Assembly: GCF_009834535.1 (NCBI RefSeq)
Contig: NC_045707.1
Location: 49,044,001-49,108,000, forward strand
DNA: 64,000 bases
Direction of reading: 5' to 3'
Origin: Camelus ferus
Lineage: Eukaryota
The notes under the pieces are model-generated. The model was not told the DNA's origin and did not search any database. It saw only the letters and a program-made list of their open reading frames with translations. Below, piece after piece: positions 11,837-25,612 of this stretch; within the stretch, counting starts at the first letter, position 1, and each line of letters opens with the position of its first letter. Made by a program: the position numbers and the translations under genes.

Positions 11837-14800
11837 ATACACATAGTTTTGGTTATTTTTTTTTTATTATTACTTGGGTGATTGGGAGGCAGCAACTGAA
11901 AAAGGGAAGCAGCTGGTCAGGCAGTAATATCTACTTTGGTCCCAATTCTTAGCTATTTTCCACGACATTCTGATAGACCTCAAAAATGCTACTTTGTATA
12001 TTACCAGCACCTGATAGAATAGGAAACATCTGCAAAATCTCATCCTATTGCTCTTGCAGAAAATAGACAAAATACAGATTAGTTAATTAAGTGCAAGTTC
12101 CTATTCCAGGAACAGACTTTTGGAACTCTCCGTTAACCTGGCAATTAACAAACTGGGCAGACTATGACTTTTGGCTGAAACTCACAGGCATTGAAGTACA
12201 TTTTTGAAAAATGCAAAAGGTAAGGGGAACTAGTTTTTACCCCGGGAAAGACACATGAAGATATGGATGTGATGTGCTCAGGTATCACTGAATTAAATAT
12301 TGTCATAATTTGAAATTTGGTCCCAAAGTAGAATCTTCTTAGAGCTGTCATTTGACTGCGTTCTCAACAAAAATGACAATAATATAACTACAAACACAAT
12401 CATAACAAAAACACTTTTTTGTCTAAAATCCATTAGACTATTCTGCTTAGCCCATTTGTTCTCATTCTCTACTAGACTGCTGGTAGAATTACATGTAATA
12501 TCCAGAATGATCATTTACTTCATTTAGAAATAAGACTTTTACTGCTTTCTAAAATTTTAAATACTGAAATGACATATAGGTCCTGTAAAAGACCCTTTCC
12601 TGAGGACTTTCTGTGACCTGTAGCATTTGCATAAATGACATTTCATCTTAACAACCACTGACTCTGACTGTTCCACTCTAAGAAACAGATAATAAGCAGC
12701 ACACTCTCGTTTCTTGAACAACAAATGTATATTTCTCTGTGTATATTTTTCCAGATTGAGGTGGCTGAAGAACATTTTTCTTGTTTGTAAGGATAACACT
12801 GGGAAGAAGCTATATTAAAAGTGACATTGATATAAGTACTACTTTTATATGGGCTACTCTTGAAAAACAAAAACTATTGATGTTCTTGTTTGAACACCCA
12901 TTTTACCAAAGGGAAAAAAAATCCCATTTAATGGTATTGTTATATAAGCTTTATTATTCAAGCCCCAAACCTCCAAATACTAGCCTAACATTGCAGTAAG
13001 TAGTTGAAATTTCTCTTTTCATATTTTCTATCTAATAATCAGCACAGCATATATTCAGAGAGTACTGCAATACGTGATAAATGTCCACATCATATTTATT
13101 AGTTTTTTTTTCATTGAGTGTTGATCCTATTTCTAGTTTTGACTGGTTACAGGGGCCTATTCATTTTTTATATTGATAGTAGATGCTTACTGTTAAAAAT
13201 CTTACATAAATCAGCCTTTATTCACATGCAGTTTTATTTGTTTCATAAAACCAGTAATATGCCATCACTTAGACACCGTCAACATTTTTCACGTGAAAAA
13301 GTGATTTTACTGCTTTACATCCATGTGCTTATCATTTAGAGAAATAATCTCAGCAATTTCTCTTGAGATTTTATTCACTGAAAAAAGAGGTTCTTAAAAG
13401 CTCAGGACTTTGTGGCAAAACAATTGGCATTGTCTATTACGCCTGGATAAACGTTTGTACTTTTTAACGGTTTCCTAGCATTCTCTTTTCAAACAATGCC
13501 TGTCTCAAAATCAACATTGCACTCAATGATGTTTCTATTTTTGTTTTCCTTGATCAGTACCAGGGGAAGAAGAATATAATGGGCCCTGCAGAAGGCCTGT
13601 TCAGGGTAACATGGAATCCAAGGGAAAGCTAATCACCTAATGATTCCAAGGCAGTTTAAATTCTTGCTACCCAGTTCACTTCTGTAAACAATCGGTGCCT
13701 GATGTGTGCCTGAAGGGCTAAAACACTGACTGCACATTTCTGCTATATTTACAAGAATAAGGCAGTCCACGTGTACAAAGCATGTGAGACAAGAACTACC
13801 CCGTGCTTCTGTCAGAGCTTGGCTTAAAGGACAAGACCAAATGGAACTGAACGTAAAATAGGTTAAAAATATGAGTATATGTGCCAGTTTGATTTTTTTT
13901 TAAATATGAGATATCCAAAAGAAAAATATCCAGTTGTGTTGCATGAGAATATGTTTTGAAATTGAAATATTTAAAAAAAAAAACAGAATGGAAATTTGGA
14001 CTGTTTAATATTTAATTTGAAGGAATTATATATTAAAATAACTCAATTTTTATAAAAACAAGTTTGTACAGGGAAAATCTCAAAGACTGAATAGGAAAGC
14101 ATTGGAAAGGAAATACATTCTTATCTAAAAGCAGGGTAACTTGGAAGCTGAAAACTCTTCAAACAAAACAAGTTCTTCATGCAAATTTTGTTTTCTTACT
14201 TAAAATTTTTTCTTAAAGTTTAAAACCTGCATTTGTTGGTTTTCCAGTGATATGACACTTCAAAAGAGAAAAATCAGTTTCCTTTTCCTTGAACCAAAAT
14301 GAAATCCTTTAACAAAAAGTCTTTTGGTAGTGAGTCACTAGCAATGAATATAGCTCAAAGCCTTGTTTAAAGAAACTCAGTAATACCAAAAAGCAGAAGA
14401 GAATATGAAAAGAAAGAAAATCTGTACTAAGTATGATCTAAAAAAATTAATTTAAGAAATTCCCCCCCACCTTGTTTCTTCCAAGAAGGTAATAACAGTT
14501 GGGAATCTTTCACATAGAATTGGCCTCAAGCAGTCCATGAAATACAGAGAATGCAGAGACACAATTGAAGCGGAAATTGTTTCAAAGACCTCAATCTACA
14601 CTATCCTAAATATGCAAATAAAAGACCTTAAAGGTAGAATTAGGAAAGCCTGGCTGTAGAGAGAGAAATGGAATCTCATGTAAATACTGAGACTCAGGAC
14701 TGAAAACGCACTTTATATTATCTAAACTACTTCACCTTATATACTAAGTAAATCATATCATTGTGGCAAAAATCAGGTATCATTAATAGAATCCCTATTA

Positions 14801-14885
14801 AAGGGACCTCAGATAATACATTTTTTTTAAATTATACATTTTTTAATTTACCATTTACCTGCACAGAGGAATTACATTAAAAGAT

Positions 14886-15485
14886 TGTTAGGCAGTTAGA
14901 TAGGTGGAATAACGAGGCAGATACGGTGGAGAAGAGGGAGGATGGGCGAGAGATGGTGACATGCCTGCTTTCAGCCTAAGGGGCTTTACTTCCTCTAAAT
15001 GAGTGCCAGCATGAAACCATTTGGGACCAAATGGCCACGACTGTGCGGTATCGACAAGGATCTAACTGGATATGACCCAATGCTCATTGTAATATAATTA
15101 GCACTGTGGCTTAGGCCCTGTGTGTATCATGGGTAAGGACATGCACAGAAGGGGATGGGCATGACTAAGCACTCCAGGGGCAAGAGCCGTCAATCAAGAG
15201 ACCCCTCTAAGCAAGGGTATGAGACAGGAGACCAAGAAAGACTTGGGCTGCCATCCTCTCTTTGATCAGCCCGCCTTCTACTCTTACAGGTGCACTTTTG
15301 CTTAGCTAATAAGATCTTTAAAATCTTTTGCTACACAATGCTTTGTCTCCTGTCTAAAATCTTCTCTTTTGGGCAAGACAAGAATTGAGGCATTATGTTG
15401 TACACCAGAAACTGACACATTTTAACTGCCTATATACTTCAATTAAAAAAAAACAGAACTGAGGCCTAACTCTTTTGGGGTAACA
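14886..15485 (+). mobile_element. ERV1-class solo LTR containing a tiny L1 insertion
   Basis: tgttaggcagttagatagg...ggggtaaca termini; GC-richer than flanks; no clean TSD seen. Confidence 0.8.
15392..15454 (+). mobile_element. 63-bp 5'-truncated L1 tail
   Basis: attatgttgtacaccagaaactgacaca...tatacttcaattaaaaaaaaa matches ~26692-26740; TSD agaattgaggc (15381-15391)/agaactgaggc (15455-15465). Confidence 0.9.
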
Positions 15486-15612
15486 ATTGCACTTCATATA
15501 ATACTAAAAGCTAAATACTTTATATAAAAGTACCTATGTATGGGCTATAAATATATATAAACACACAATATATTCTTACTCAAAATCATTTCCTCTCACA
15601 ACACACTCATTG

Positions 15613-15616
<4 letters not shown>

Positions 15617-15668
<52 letters not shown>
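15617..15668 (+). repeat. (TA)~21(CA)~5 compound microsatellite
   Basis: Directly visible; followed by TA-rich low-complexity sequence to ~15785. Confidence 0.95.
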
Positions 15669-16839
15669 ATGCATTATGCATATGTGCATAAATATACACA
15701 TTATATATGTATTATATGTTATGTGATATATATGTAGTTTATATAAATCTAACATACATATTATACATAATATCTACATATATCTTACTAACAGATGCCA
15801 ACTTTTCTCAGTTTAAGATGCACAAAATGATTTCTTCATACAATGGCATGAAGTATGAAGCAGAACTAAGGTAGTCATGAAAATTCATTAACCTGAGTAG
15901 TCAAAAGTTAATATCAAAATTAAGATGTCAAGAGTTCTAAGCTTAGCACACAAATATATAATTTTTGCAAAGTGAGTTCAAGATCTGTTATACCCCACAA
16001 TCTGACTCCAAGATCTAATCATTTTACTTTGCTTATAAAAAGATAAGAAGAAGTAAAAGTTTAGGATGGGGCTAGGATTATGTTATTAAGTAATTAAAAG
16101 TAAAATAATTTTTGCAGTCCTCTAAATCATCAATATGTCCAAAATTCTCAGTAATAATAATAGCAAACATATGACATTTGTTGTATGGTCAGGCTATGTT
16201 CTAAAAATTTATATTAACTTATTACTTGGCCTGTGAAGTTTTACAGTGGCATCAATAATAGTTTCCTTTCCTTCCAACCTTGATTGGTACCTGCTGGGAG
16301 ACAATATAGTATGGTACAGAATTCATCATTATTGAGCAATGCCCTACTCTTACTTCCCATGAAAAACAATTCTCAGATACTCCTTATTCATATTGATGTA
16401 ATATTCTTTAGTTATAATTTTAAATAAATATGGTAAAACATACTAGATATAAACTCTTTATGTTTATAGATGTAAGCAAACTATAAAACCAGATTTTCAA
16501 GTTAAAAATGAAAAAATCTATACAATGATCGAAGTTGTATTGTTCTTTCTGTACAATTTTTAAATCTAGTAATTGCTATTTTGACAGGTACATCAAACTA
16601 ATAGTGTGCTCCAAAATGTAACCCAGGAAGATTTTAAAGTTACTACCTAACTAAAAACAACAACAACAACAACAACAAAAAACTCTTCCTTGAAGCAAAT
16701 AAAAACACAACACACAATGTGTCTGTGGTAACAAGTCACATTCTTATTTCATTAAATAAAGAAATGGATATCTCGCAGTATTTAAAGGCCTTCCTATCAA
16801 GCTTGGAAACCACCACTCAAATGAAACTTACTTGTTGAG

Positions 16840-17860
16840 ATTTCCAGGGACCCTCAAATTTTGAATCCAGTGTGCAGTTGCTAACCTTGATCACATTTAA
16901 CAACCAGTGGCACCTAACACAGTTGATGACTGACTTTCTTGAAACATGGCTTTCTTGGCTTTCAATATACCATACTCTTCCTGCTTTTCCTCTCACCTCT
17001 CTTGTAGCTCCTTTTCACCTTCCTTTGTTACCTAATTTCCTTGACTTCTAAAATTAGAACTCTAGGGCTAAGTTCTATCTATAGTATTTCCTTTCTATAC
17101 TCACATTATTCAGAATTTCACTCACTCTTCCTTCACAGTCACACCATCATATATGGTCACAGGCTTCTCTTGCTTAGATTGTTGTAATAGCCTCCTAACT
17201 GACTCGCTGTTCTTATCCTGGACCCTTACAATCTGTTTCTGACAGTGCAACCAGTTTTTTCCCCAAATATTCCACATCACTTTAATCCTCTACTCAGAGT
17301 CCATCAATGGCTCCCATCATATTCCGAATACATGTAAATCTTCATGGTGGCCTCAAGATCCCCACCCAATCTGGTCCTATTTCTTCTCTGTCCTACTACT
17401 CTCACCTTGCTCAGTCTGCCCCGGCACACTGACTTCTTTACTGGTCCTTGAACACAGCAGGTACTATGCAGCTCAGGCTATGTAGACTGCTGCTTCCTGG
17501 ATTTCTCTCTTCCCAGATAATGTCAAGGCTTGCTCTGTTCTACTTGATCACCCTAATCAATTCTTGGATTAACTACACCTTCTTAAGGAGGTCTTCACTG
17601 ACTACCCTCTTTTAAGTTGTAACCCTATAAGTAAGTTCATGGATCTCCTCATCTTCTCCCTATGCTCTGCTTTATTTTTTTTTCCCACTATCACTTATCA
17701 CCATTTTACATTCAATGCATTTCTTTTATTTAATATTTATTGTCTGTCTTCCCTCAGAAAAATGCACACTTTGTGAGGCAGGTATTTTTGTGTGCTTAAT
17801 TTCTCCTCTATCCCCAATGCCTGACAGAGTGACCAGCATATTCTGATCAATCAATATTTT
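16840..17860 (+). mobile_element. L2 LINE 3' portion
   Basis: cacagttgatgactgactttcttgaaaca...tgtaatagcctcctaactg...tatccccaatgcctgacagagtg...tcaatattt. Confidence 0.8.
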
Positions 17861-18024
17861 AGAAAATAGTAAATACAAAATGATTCAAGCCAATTATTGC
17901 TTTTAACATTAGAAAATGTTGAATTAATGGCAGCCATACAAGGTTACTCAAGCAGAATCCTCAAGCCTATGAGGATATTCTGTATCTGCAAACTTTTAAG
18001 TAGCAGAAACTGACATACTACTAA

Positions 18025-18190
18025 GTTGCATGGCCTTTGGATTTTTAAGACTTGGTTTACATCCTGGTTCCGATACTTTCTAGCCCCATAACATCTGGTA
18101 GTTTACTTATTCACACTAAGCTTCAATTTCCACATCTGCAAAATGGATACGAAAATTTCATATGGTTGCTATGAGGGCTAAATGAAGCAA
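18025..18190 (+). mobile_element. MIR relic
   Basis: agcttcaatttccacatctgcaaaatgga...ggttgctatgagggctaaatga. Confidence 0.7.
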
Positions 18191-21100
18191 ATAATTTGAT
18201 TCTAATAATTATTTATTATTTAATTACTTAATATTTAAGTATACTATAAAAGGCAATGTATTTTCAGTTTAGATAATTTTCTTCTGAAAACACCAGTAAT
18301 AGAAAAGTTAAACATTAGAAAAAGTTACACAATGAAATCTTATACTGGCTTGGAAACTTCCATGACCCATGGATAGATCCTGAGACATGGTATCATTAAA
18401 GCTGGAAGATCCTCTTTTTCTCTAACTTGATTTTATTAGTGAATCATGCCTGATACAGTCAGCATTTATGACTCTAAATTAAACTATTGTCAATAAACAA
18501 TACATCATCATCCAGCATATGAAAGAACTCAAGGTCAAAAATTTTACCAGAATATCTTAATGTATAGCAATGCTTAACTAATTTACTCCTTTAGAATTCA
18601 TGAATTAATTCACTTACTTTTATCCTCCAAATATGGGCTTTTAAATTTCAACCTTCCTTTGCTTCTGAAGCAAGATATGACTGCCTTAACACATTATTTC
18701 CCTCATCTCAGTTCAAAATGAGATGCTCATACTAATGACATTACTCCTACATGTCCTTTTTTTACCACTGCATCATACCTTAATGCAAGAGTTTATGGAC
18801 TGTGGCCCTTTACTCGTTGTAGTCTACAAACAAGTATTTCTAACACTTCAACTGCCCTTCTATTTTCAGAAACAGAATTCCTGAGTTAGTTCAGTTCTAC
18901 TATAAACCATTTATTGAACACTTATGTGCTAGACACTGTACTATGTACAGATAGCAAAAAGGAAAATTCATAAATTCTATACGAATATTTATACCATCTT
19001 TATTGCCAATAGGATTTGAGATATGTTACAGAATCCTTTTATATAAATTGTGTCTAATAAAATTATGTTATACAAAAGGATAAAAGAATATTTCAAAATA
19101 TTTTTGAAGTCATTCTAAATACAAAACTGATTTAGAAGTTGGAACAAAATGTAGCAGAAGGATTCAGCTAAAATAATTATAATGCTCTTAATATTTTTAA
19201 GGATTATAGTTTTTTCTAGATATTGGAGCCAAAACTATGAAAAAATTCCTTTAATTATTTGTCTTGATCATAAAATAAAATTTAATATATACATCTTTCC
19301 CAATTACTTATCATTTGGAATTTTTTATATGATGTACTAGGCATTTGAGACATATGGTTTATTTTTAGGGTGAATGACTGGACGGTTAATATTCTGTATT
19401 TTTAATTGAAGACATATCTATGAATTTTAGCATTAGATTAGACATTGGGTTAGATTAACAATGTTTTATGAACTGAAGTCATGATTGGTGGCCTCACTCA
19501 TACCTCCATGGAGGTGGGGCTGCAAAGATAAACAGGCTAATAGTGAAATGAAAGAATAATCTAATTCAATAGAATAGTACCTCAATACAAACATATCTGA
19601 AAAGGATACTTCCAAACTATTGAACAACTATTATGAAAACCTCCTATTTACCAGACACAAAATATACAAAGATGAAATAAAACAGTCCCTGCCTCAAGCA
19701 AACACAGCATTATGCTCCCTTTTGAGAGCCTCTGCTCCCAACAGCTGTCCCAGGACTAACAGAGATGAGAAATATGACTCATAATGACTCCCAAAAGAGA
19801 TGATTTTTCTCCTGCAACTTTTATAAAGAAAAGCAAAATCAAGGATCACATTAACTGCTTGGCACTCATTTAATTTGAAAAACCTTCATAAACAATTCTT
19901 TTAAATTATTCCTTCTTGTCTGCTATAATATTTACATTATATAAATAAATCTACTAATCATTAAAGTACATTGCTGGCTCATGAAATGTGAAATTAGAGT
20001 GAACAAATAAAGACTTGGAATGTCACACCCAAAAGGTCACTGTTGGTTTAATTGTTGAATATTAACAGTAACATTACTTTTATGAAAAACTGAAAAAAAA
20101 GCATCTGGAGCAAATACTTTGATAAATGAAGCATTTCTTTATTTTTATGAACAAAGATGACTTTCCTCTATAAAGACAAATCTCATTAGTATTACAAAGA
20201 CAATAAAACGGTAACTAGATCAAACTGTGCCTGGAAGATAAAGTGTCAAATATATAAGTGCTATTCATCTGTGAACAACTTTTTCTCCCTTCGATAAAAA
20301 CAGAGATTTTCATCATTTTCTCTGACAGGAGAGAAAAACAGAATTCTGAGAAAAGCACCATTCTTTTAATAAAGTTTTTTTTCTCATTGGAAACCCCAAT
20401 GTCTCAGCATTCTGCTGACGTTTGTGCCTTTTGATTTTAATAGTGCAGCTTTGTCTTTTGGGCAGCTTGCTCTGACACAGAACCAATTTATATTTGCCTA
20501 ATTAGAATTCAGAAGGCAATGAGAGGTTGGAGATCCTTTAAACTGCTTGCCAAAATCTCCCTTCATGGCTGTAATTCAAATTCTCAATTCAATGAAAATT
20601 TTATTTAAAATCATCCAAATCAAATAAATCATGACCTGGCAAAGAAGAGTATACCATTTTGAAACTAAAACTCTCTCTCTCTCTCTTTCTCTCTCTCTTT
20701 ATATAATGTATATATAATATTTTACAATGTAAAATTGGCTTGAGGATAAAAATTTCAAGTAGATGTTCACTTGAACCTCTTGCAGAGGATCAAATGAAGA
20801 ATCATTAAAGTTAAAAATTGCTTAGCCTTTTAAAATAATTTGTAATAACAGGTACATCTAAACCAGTATACTCAGGGTCTCTGTTGAGTTTCACTTTTGT
20901 GTAAGGCTTTCATTTTTCTCACTCTCCCCACCATTGGTAGTGTTCCTGGATCACACCCAAGACATCTGCTTAGCTGTGCTCTAGTCTTTAAATATGATGA
21001 TGCTGAGTTTAGTGGCACAGAATGCTTAGTGCTGGGACTGGGTTGTATAATACAATCCTGCCCCTTCTGCTCATTTGCTAACCAGATGGTCAGGGTTAGG

Positions 21101-21524
21101 GGCACATCTGTGACCATGAAAGAAAAATGTGTTTTCAGTGCAACCCCAATTGGCCTGAACAGAGAATGAACTCCTGGTCTTCATCTTGTTTATCTTGTTT
21201 TGTTGGAGTAAGGGCTAATCAGTTCAGGTGCTAAGTCAATAAACTAAAGAAACATTAATTTTTGCCCAAGAAGAAAATAATCAGGTTAAGGGTGGTGTTT
21301 TGTTGTGGCAAAATTTATTCAGGCCAACATCCCAGAAAGAAAACATTAAAGATTTCAAAAGTAAAGGAAAAAAGAGAGTCAGGTCCTACAAAAAAATAAA
21401 TAATGAATAGCTGAAATGCTGTAGGCAGTTACATGAAATGGCAAAGAGAGAAGGAGGGACACAGTTTGGAAGTCCGGAAAAGATCCACATTGAAATATAA
21501 AAACCAGACAGTTACCATGACCAT

Positions 21525-21665
21525 AAGGTTGAGCATTAGCCTAAGTGCCTTACACACATTACTTAACTTAAGTCTCAAGATATTCTTCCATAGAAGATCT
21601 CTCTAGTCACATTTTACACACTGAGGAATCTGAGATTCAGAGAAGGTAAGTGATTCTTTCAAGAT
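21525..21665 (-). mobile_element. MIR relic
   Basis: cattttacacactgaggaatctgagattcagagaaggtaagtgatt. Confidence 0.7.
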
Positions 21666-21810
21666 AAATCTTACAGAATCAACATTCTTAAGAATTGAAA
21701 AGAGGATAAAATAGAAAATAAAGTTGGCAATTTAAAACTAATAGTGCTATTGAAGTGCCTACATTTTAAAATAATTGAAGAAAAAAGGTAGGAATCTATT
21801 TGACTATATC

Positions 21811-21834
21811 AAAAAAAAAAAAAAAAAAAAAAAA
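21811..21834 (+). repeat. poly(A) run
   Basis: Directly visible. Confidence 0.9.
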
Positions 21835-23592
21835 GAAGCTGCAGAAGGTATGAGGTGGGGTTGGGACCCACCAGAACAGGTGAGCCTCTTCTGTCAAACT
21901 ATTACAATTATTTACAAATCTACATGCAAGGGTGTCATCTTGATGTTCATGTCTGTGGGTGAAAATGTGCAGGGCACCTTATGAATGTAGGCAACATATG
22001 CTAAAGCAGCTGGTTCTAAAATAAATGGCAATTAGGGTAGCAATATAGCTGGGTAATAATAACAAAAAGAATAGGAGGCAATGCGTTGAAATCTTGGATA
22101 AGAATAACCTGATTAAAATTCAGGCTCTTGTTGATATTTAAGTATTAAATATTTGAGTAAAAGGTAGAAATGGGTGTTGACACCAGAAATACTTGTGCAC
22201 AGATAAAGCTAAACATTCTAAGAAATGTCACAATTTAGCCTAAATTAATGTTACATATGTCTACATAAAGAATGCACATATTCAGAAGATAAAATTATTT
22301 GATATATCACATATATAGTAGATACATAGCTATATGTACAATCATGCAACTTATAATAAATGTACATATAAAATTTAGTTATCAAATATTATTCTATAGA
22401 ACTGTTAATGGTATTATAGCTATTTATGTACATATATCACTTTAGATCTTGAAAATCATATGTGCCATTTATGATGATTATCCATTGTAGTTAACAGTTA
22501 ATATGTTCTCTTTATCATCTTTTCAAAACATTAAAGAGGAAAATTTTGACATTCCTTTCTTTAATTATTTAATATAAATAGGGCTATATTATTAAGCTAC
22601 TAAATCTGTCTCTCCTATGAGACAGGTCCATGAGGTCTGGAACTCTATGTATTTTTATATACTATTGATCTTCTGCACCAAGCACTGAGGCAGAAATATT
22701 ATGAAATCTATATTTTAAAAGAAGCCATACCATAAAATACCTAAAACTAAAAAATCTGAAAAGCATGGGAACAAAATACTGTCAATTCTTCCTTAACAGT
22801 TATTGAGAACTAATATACCAAAATTTTGTTTTAAGAAACTAATGTCAATGAAAGAAACAAAAATTAAGATCTTAGAATAAAAAAATTTAAAGTTTGAAAT
22901 AAAATTTAGAATAATAGAGTCCCTTTGATTAAAATCACATTACCTTATAGATGTAGAAATTCTATGTGAGACAAATGCCATAGTAAGATTTGTTTTTTTA
23001 ATAAAGATCTAAAACTATATTGTAGAATTCTGTCCCATGGATGACTGGGAATATTCTACCATTTTCTTCTTTTTGAAAAGTTGATTTGTTGACAACTACC
23101 AGAGTAACAACACTTTTACATTTGGGAGTCTCTAACCCAGAAGTAAACTATATGTGGGAACCTTAATTGACAATGGTACAGTTAGATACTAGTACGAAAA
23201 TCTGAAATACTGGTTATTCAAGAACAGGTTGGATGGGGACAAGAGGTTCTGTAGTTATTTACGACCTAATTTGGCATGGCTAACACAAATGAGATGTGCT
23301 ACTTCACTATCCCATTCTTGAATCATTTTCACTGCTTGCTTTGTCCACTTGTCGTAATCTAGGGAGATGTAAAACATTACAGCTTTAGCCCACTATGGAT
23401 ACATGACGAGAAATAGCCCCTTGCTCATTACTTTAATGGTGGGAAAACATTTAATTTTTCTTCTGCTCTTTACTTCATGAATCTTCCATAAGATCAACTC
23501 TGCTCTATTATCTTAATTTTGCCACTTTCCTTTGACCTGCCATTTATCAGAAGATTCAATAGGTTACTTCCACAGGAAGATTTAAGTTTTCT

Positions 23593-23732
23593 GTGTATAG
23601 CACAGAGAACTTTATTCAGTATCATGTAATAACCTATAATGGAATATAATCTGAAAAAATTAACCGTAGCACAATGCTGTACACCTGAAACTAACACAAT
23701 ATTGTAAATCAACTATTTCAATTAAAAAAAAA
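23593..23732 (+). mobile_element. Short 5'-truncated L1 3' end
   Basis: gtatagcacagagaac...gctgtacacctgaaactaacacaatattgtaaatcaactat plus poly(A); perfect 13-bp TSD atttaagttttct (23580-23592, 23733-23745). Confidence 0.93.
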
Positions 23733-24519
23733 ATTTAAGTTTTCTCTGAAGTGAATTCAGCATTTTTTCTCATTGTCAACATGATAATTTTCTCTATATG
23801 TATCCCCTCATCTTTTCTCACTCATCTCTAGGAAACAAAAAATTGTCTCTAGGGCTAGTGTTTTATTTTATGTTTTTATTCCATTCCTTTCTGATTTTCT
23901 GTAGCTCTAAGTACCATTCACAAACCCTCTTCCTGGCACAATTTTTCTTGTACTAAATCCAAATTTTGTTTCTGTCTTTCTTTTTTCCCCTTTGAACTCA
24001 ATTTCCTAAGAAGCATACCATCTTTCTGTTCTCATCTCTACTTCTCTAAAACTCGTGACTATTCCTGTGTGAGGAATGGCTCCAATACAGAAGAAGGGTA
24101 TAAAGAATTACTTGATAGGATAGACTAGCATAATCCTACTTTTGGGAGATCCCTCTACTTATTGTCCAGATTCTTGCTGGAAACTGGTCTTTACATCATC
24201 TCTAACCTCAATCTCTGACATTCCTTGAGGGACAATACTCTGATCTATCAAAACTTGGCAAAAGATCCCAGGTCTGTGTTAACTATGAGCCTAGCCATTT
24301 CTGTGGCCCTTACCCACTATGTCACATAATTTTTTCCCACATTACTCATTCCTAACTTTTAACAAACTTCTTCATCTTGAAGTCTCACACTCAGATACAG
24401 TTTATTTCAACAGATGCTTTTGGTATTTCCACTAAATGACAGGGACTGTGATAGGCCCTGAGAACACAAAACCGAAAAATTACCCATTCTTCTCCAAGGA
24501 TCAACGCCTTTGTTTCCTC

Positions 24520-25440
24520 TCCACTCTCCTACTGCCATAGCCTTTTGCCAGCTGGCTTCTATCATCACTGCTCTACTGGAATTGCTCTCTCAAAGACTGC
24601 CAATGGTTTCCTTGCTCCAAAATTAAATAGTTGTTTTAAAAAAATTTAATATACTCTTTCTCCTTGACTTTCCTCCTATTTTTGGTTCTGTTGAGTATCT
24701 ACTTGCAACTCTGCCACGTCATCTTGTTTATTACAATGTATTGACTGTACTCCAGCCTCACAACTGCTTAATTTTATTTTCCTTGTTATTATTTTACTGA
24801 CCCACCTAAGTTTCCTAATATTAGATCTTGATTTTTTATTCTCACTTTGCACTGTCTTACAAAATCAAAACAAACAACAAAAAGGATCTAACTTCAAGAC
24901 TTGAATTAATGCAGAACTATATTTTATTCATGTTGTTTTATTCATCACTAAGCATATTTTATTTATCTGTTGAGTCTGCTCTTTTACCTAAACTTTGTAC
25001 CTATGAAATGAGGAGGTAGATTAAATCTTTAAGTAATCATGACCTTTAAAAATTCGATGGCAGTGTAATAGCAAATCCAACTTGTCTTTCAAGTTCCACA
25101 TTTACATTTATAGTAGCTTACTTGCTTCAGCATTATCTATCTCCACTAAAATGTTCTAGTACAAAATGCTCTTATCTTAACACATCCATAGTTCAATGAA
25201 TTATTTTTGTCTTCCAATCCAGCCCCTCTTTCATATATCCACATTTTTATTATAAATACCTTAAACATAAACCTGAATTCAAGGGCAAGCAAAGTCTATT
25301 TGGGAAATAAATGATAAAATCTGTCTTTCTTTGAAATATTACCATTGTTTCAATCATTCAGACCTGGTATCCTAGAATAATTTTTGACTTTCCTCTTCTT
25401 TCAGACAAAAGAAGTTTCCAAATATTCTAGATTTAGCTTC
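24520..25440 (+). mobile_element. L2 relic, highly diverged
   Basis: ctggcttctatcatcactgctctactggaattgctctctcaaagactgccaatgg... and later tcaatcattcagacctggtatcctagaataatttttgactttcctc. Confidence 0.55.
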
Positions 25441-25444
25441 AGTA

Positions 25445-25612
25445 ATAAAAGCAATAGTAAATAATACCTGATTTTTGAATATAGACGGGAAGTTTACAAT
25501 GCTTCCTCACACATATTATTTCATTAAATGGAGAGGAGATGGGTATATAAATAAATCACAGTATTACCTCATCACAATCCTGTGAGTTTGGTCCCATTTA
25601 ACAGATGAATAG
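25445..25612 (-). mobile_element. MIR relic
   Basis: cacatattatttcatt...cacaatcctgtgag...cccatttaacagatgaa. Confidence 0.6.
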
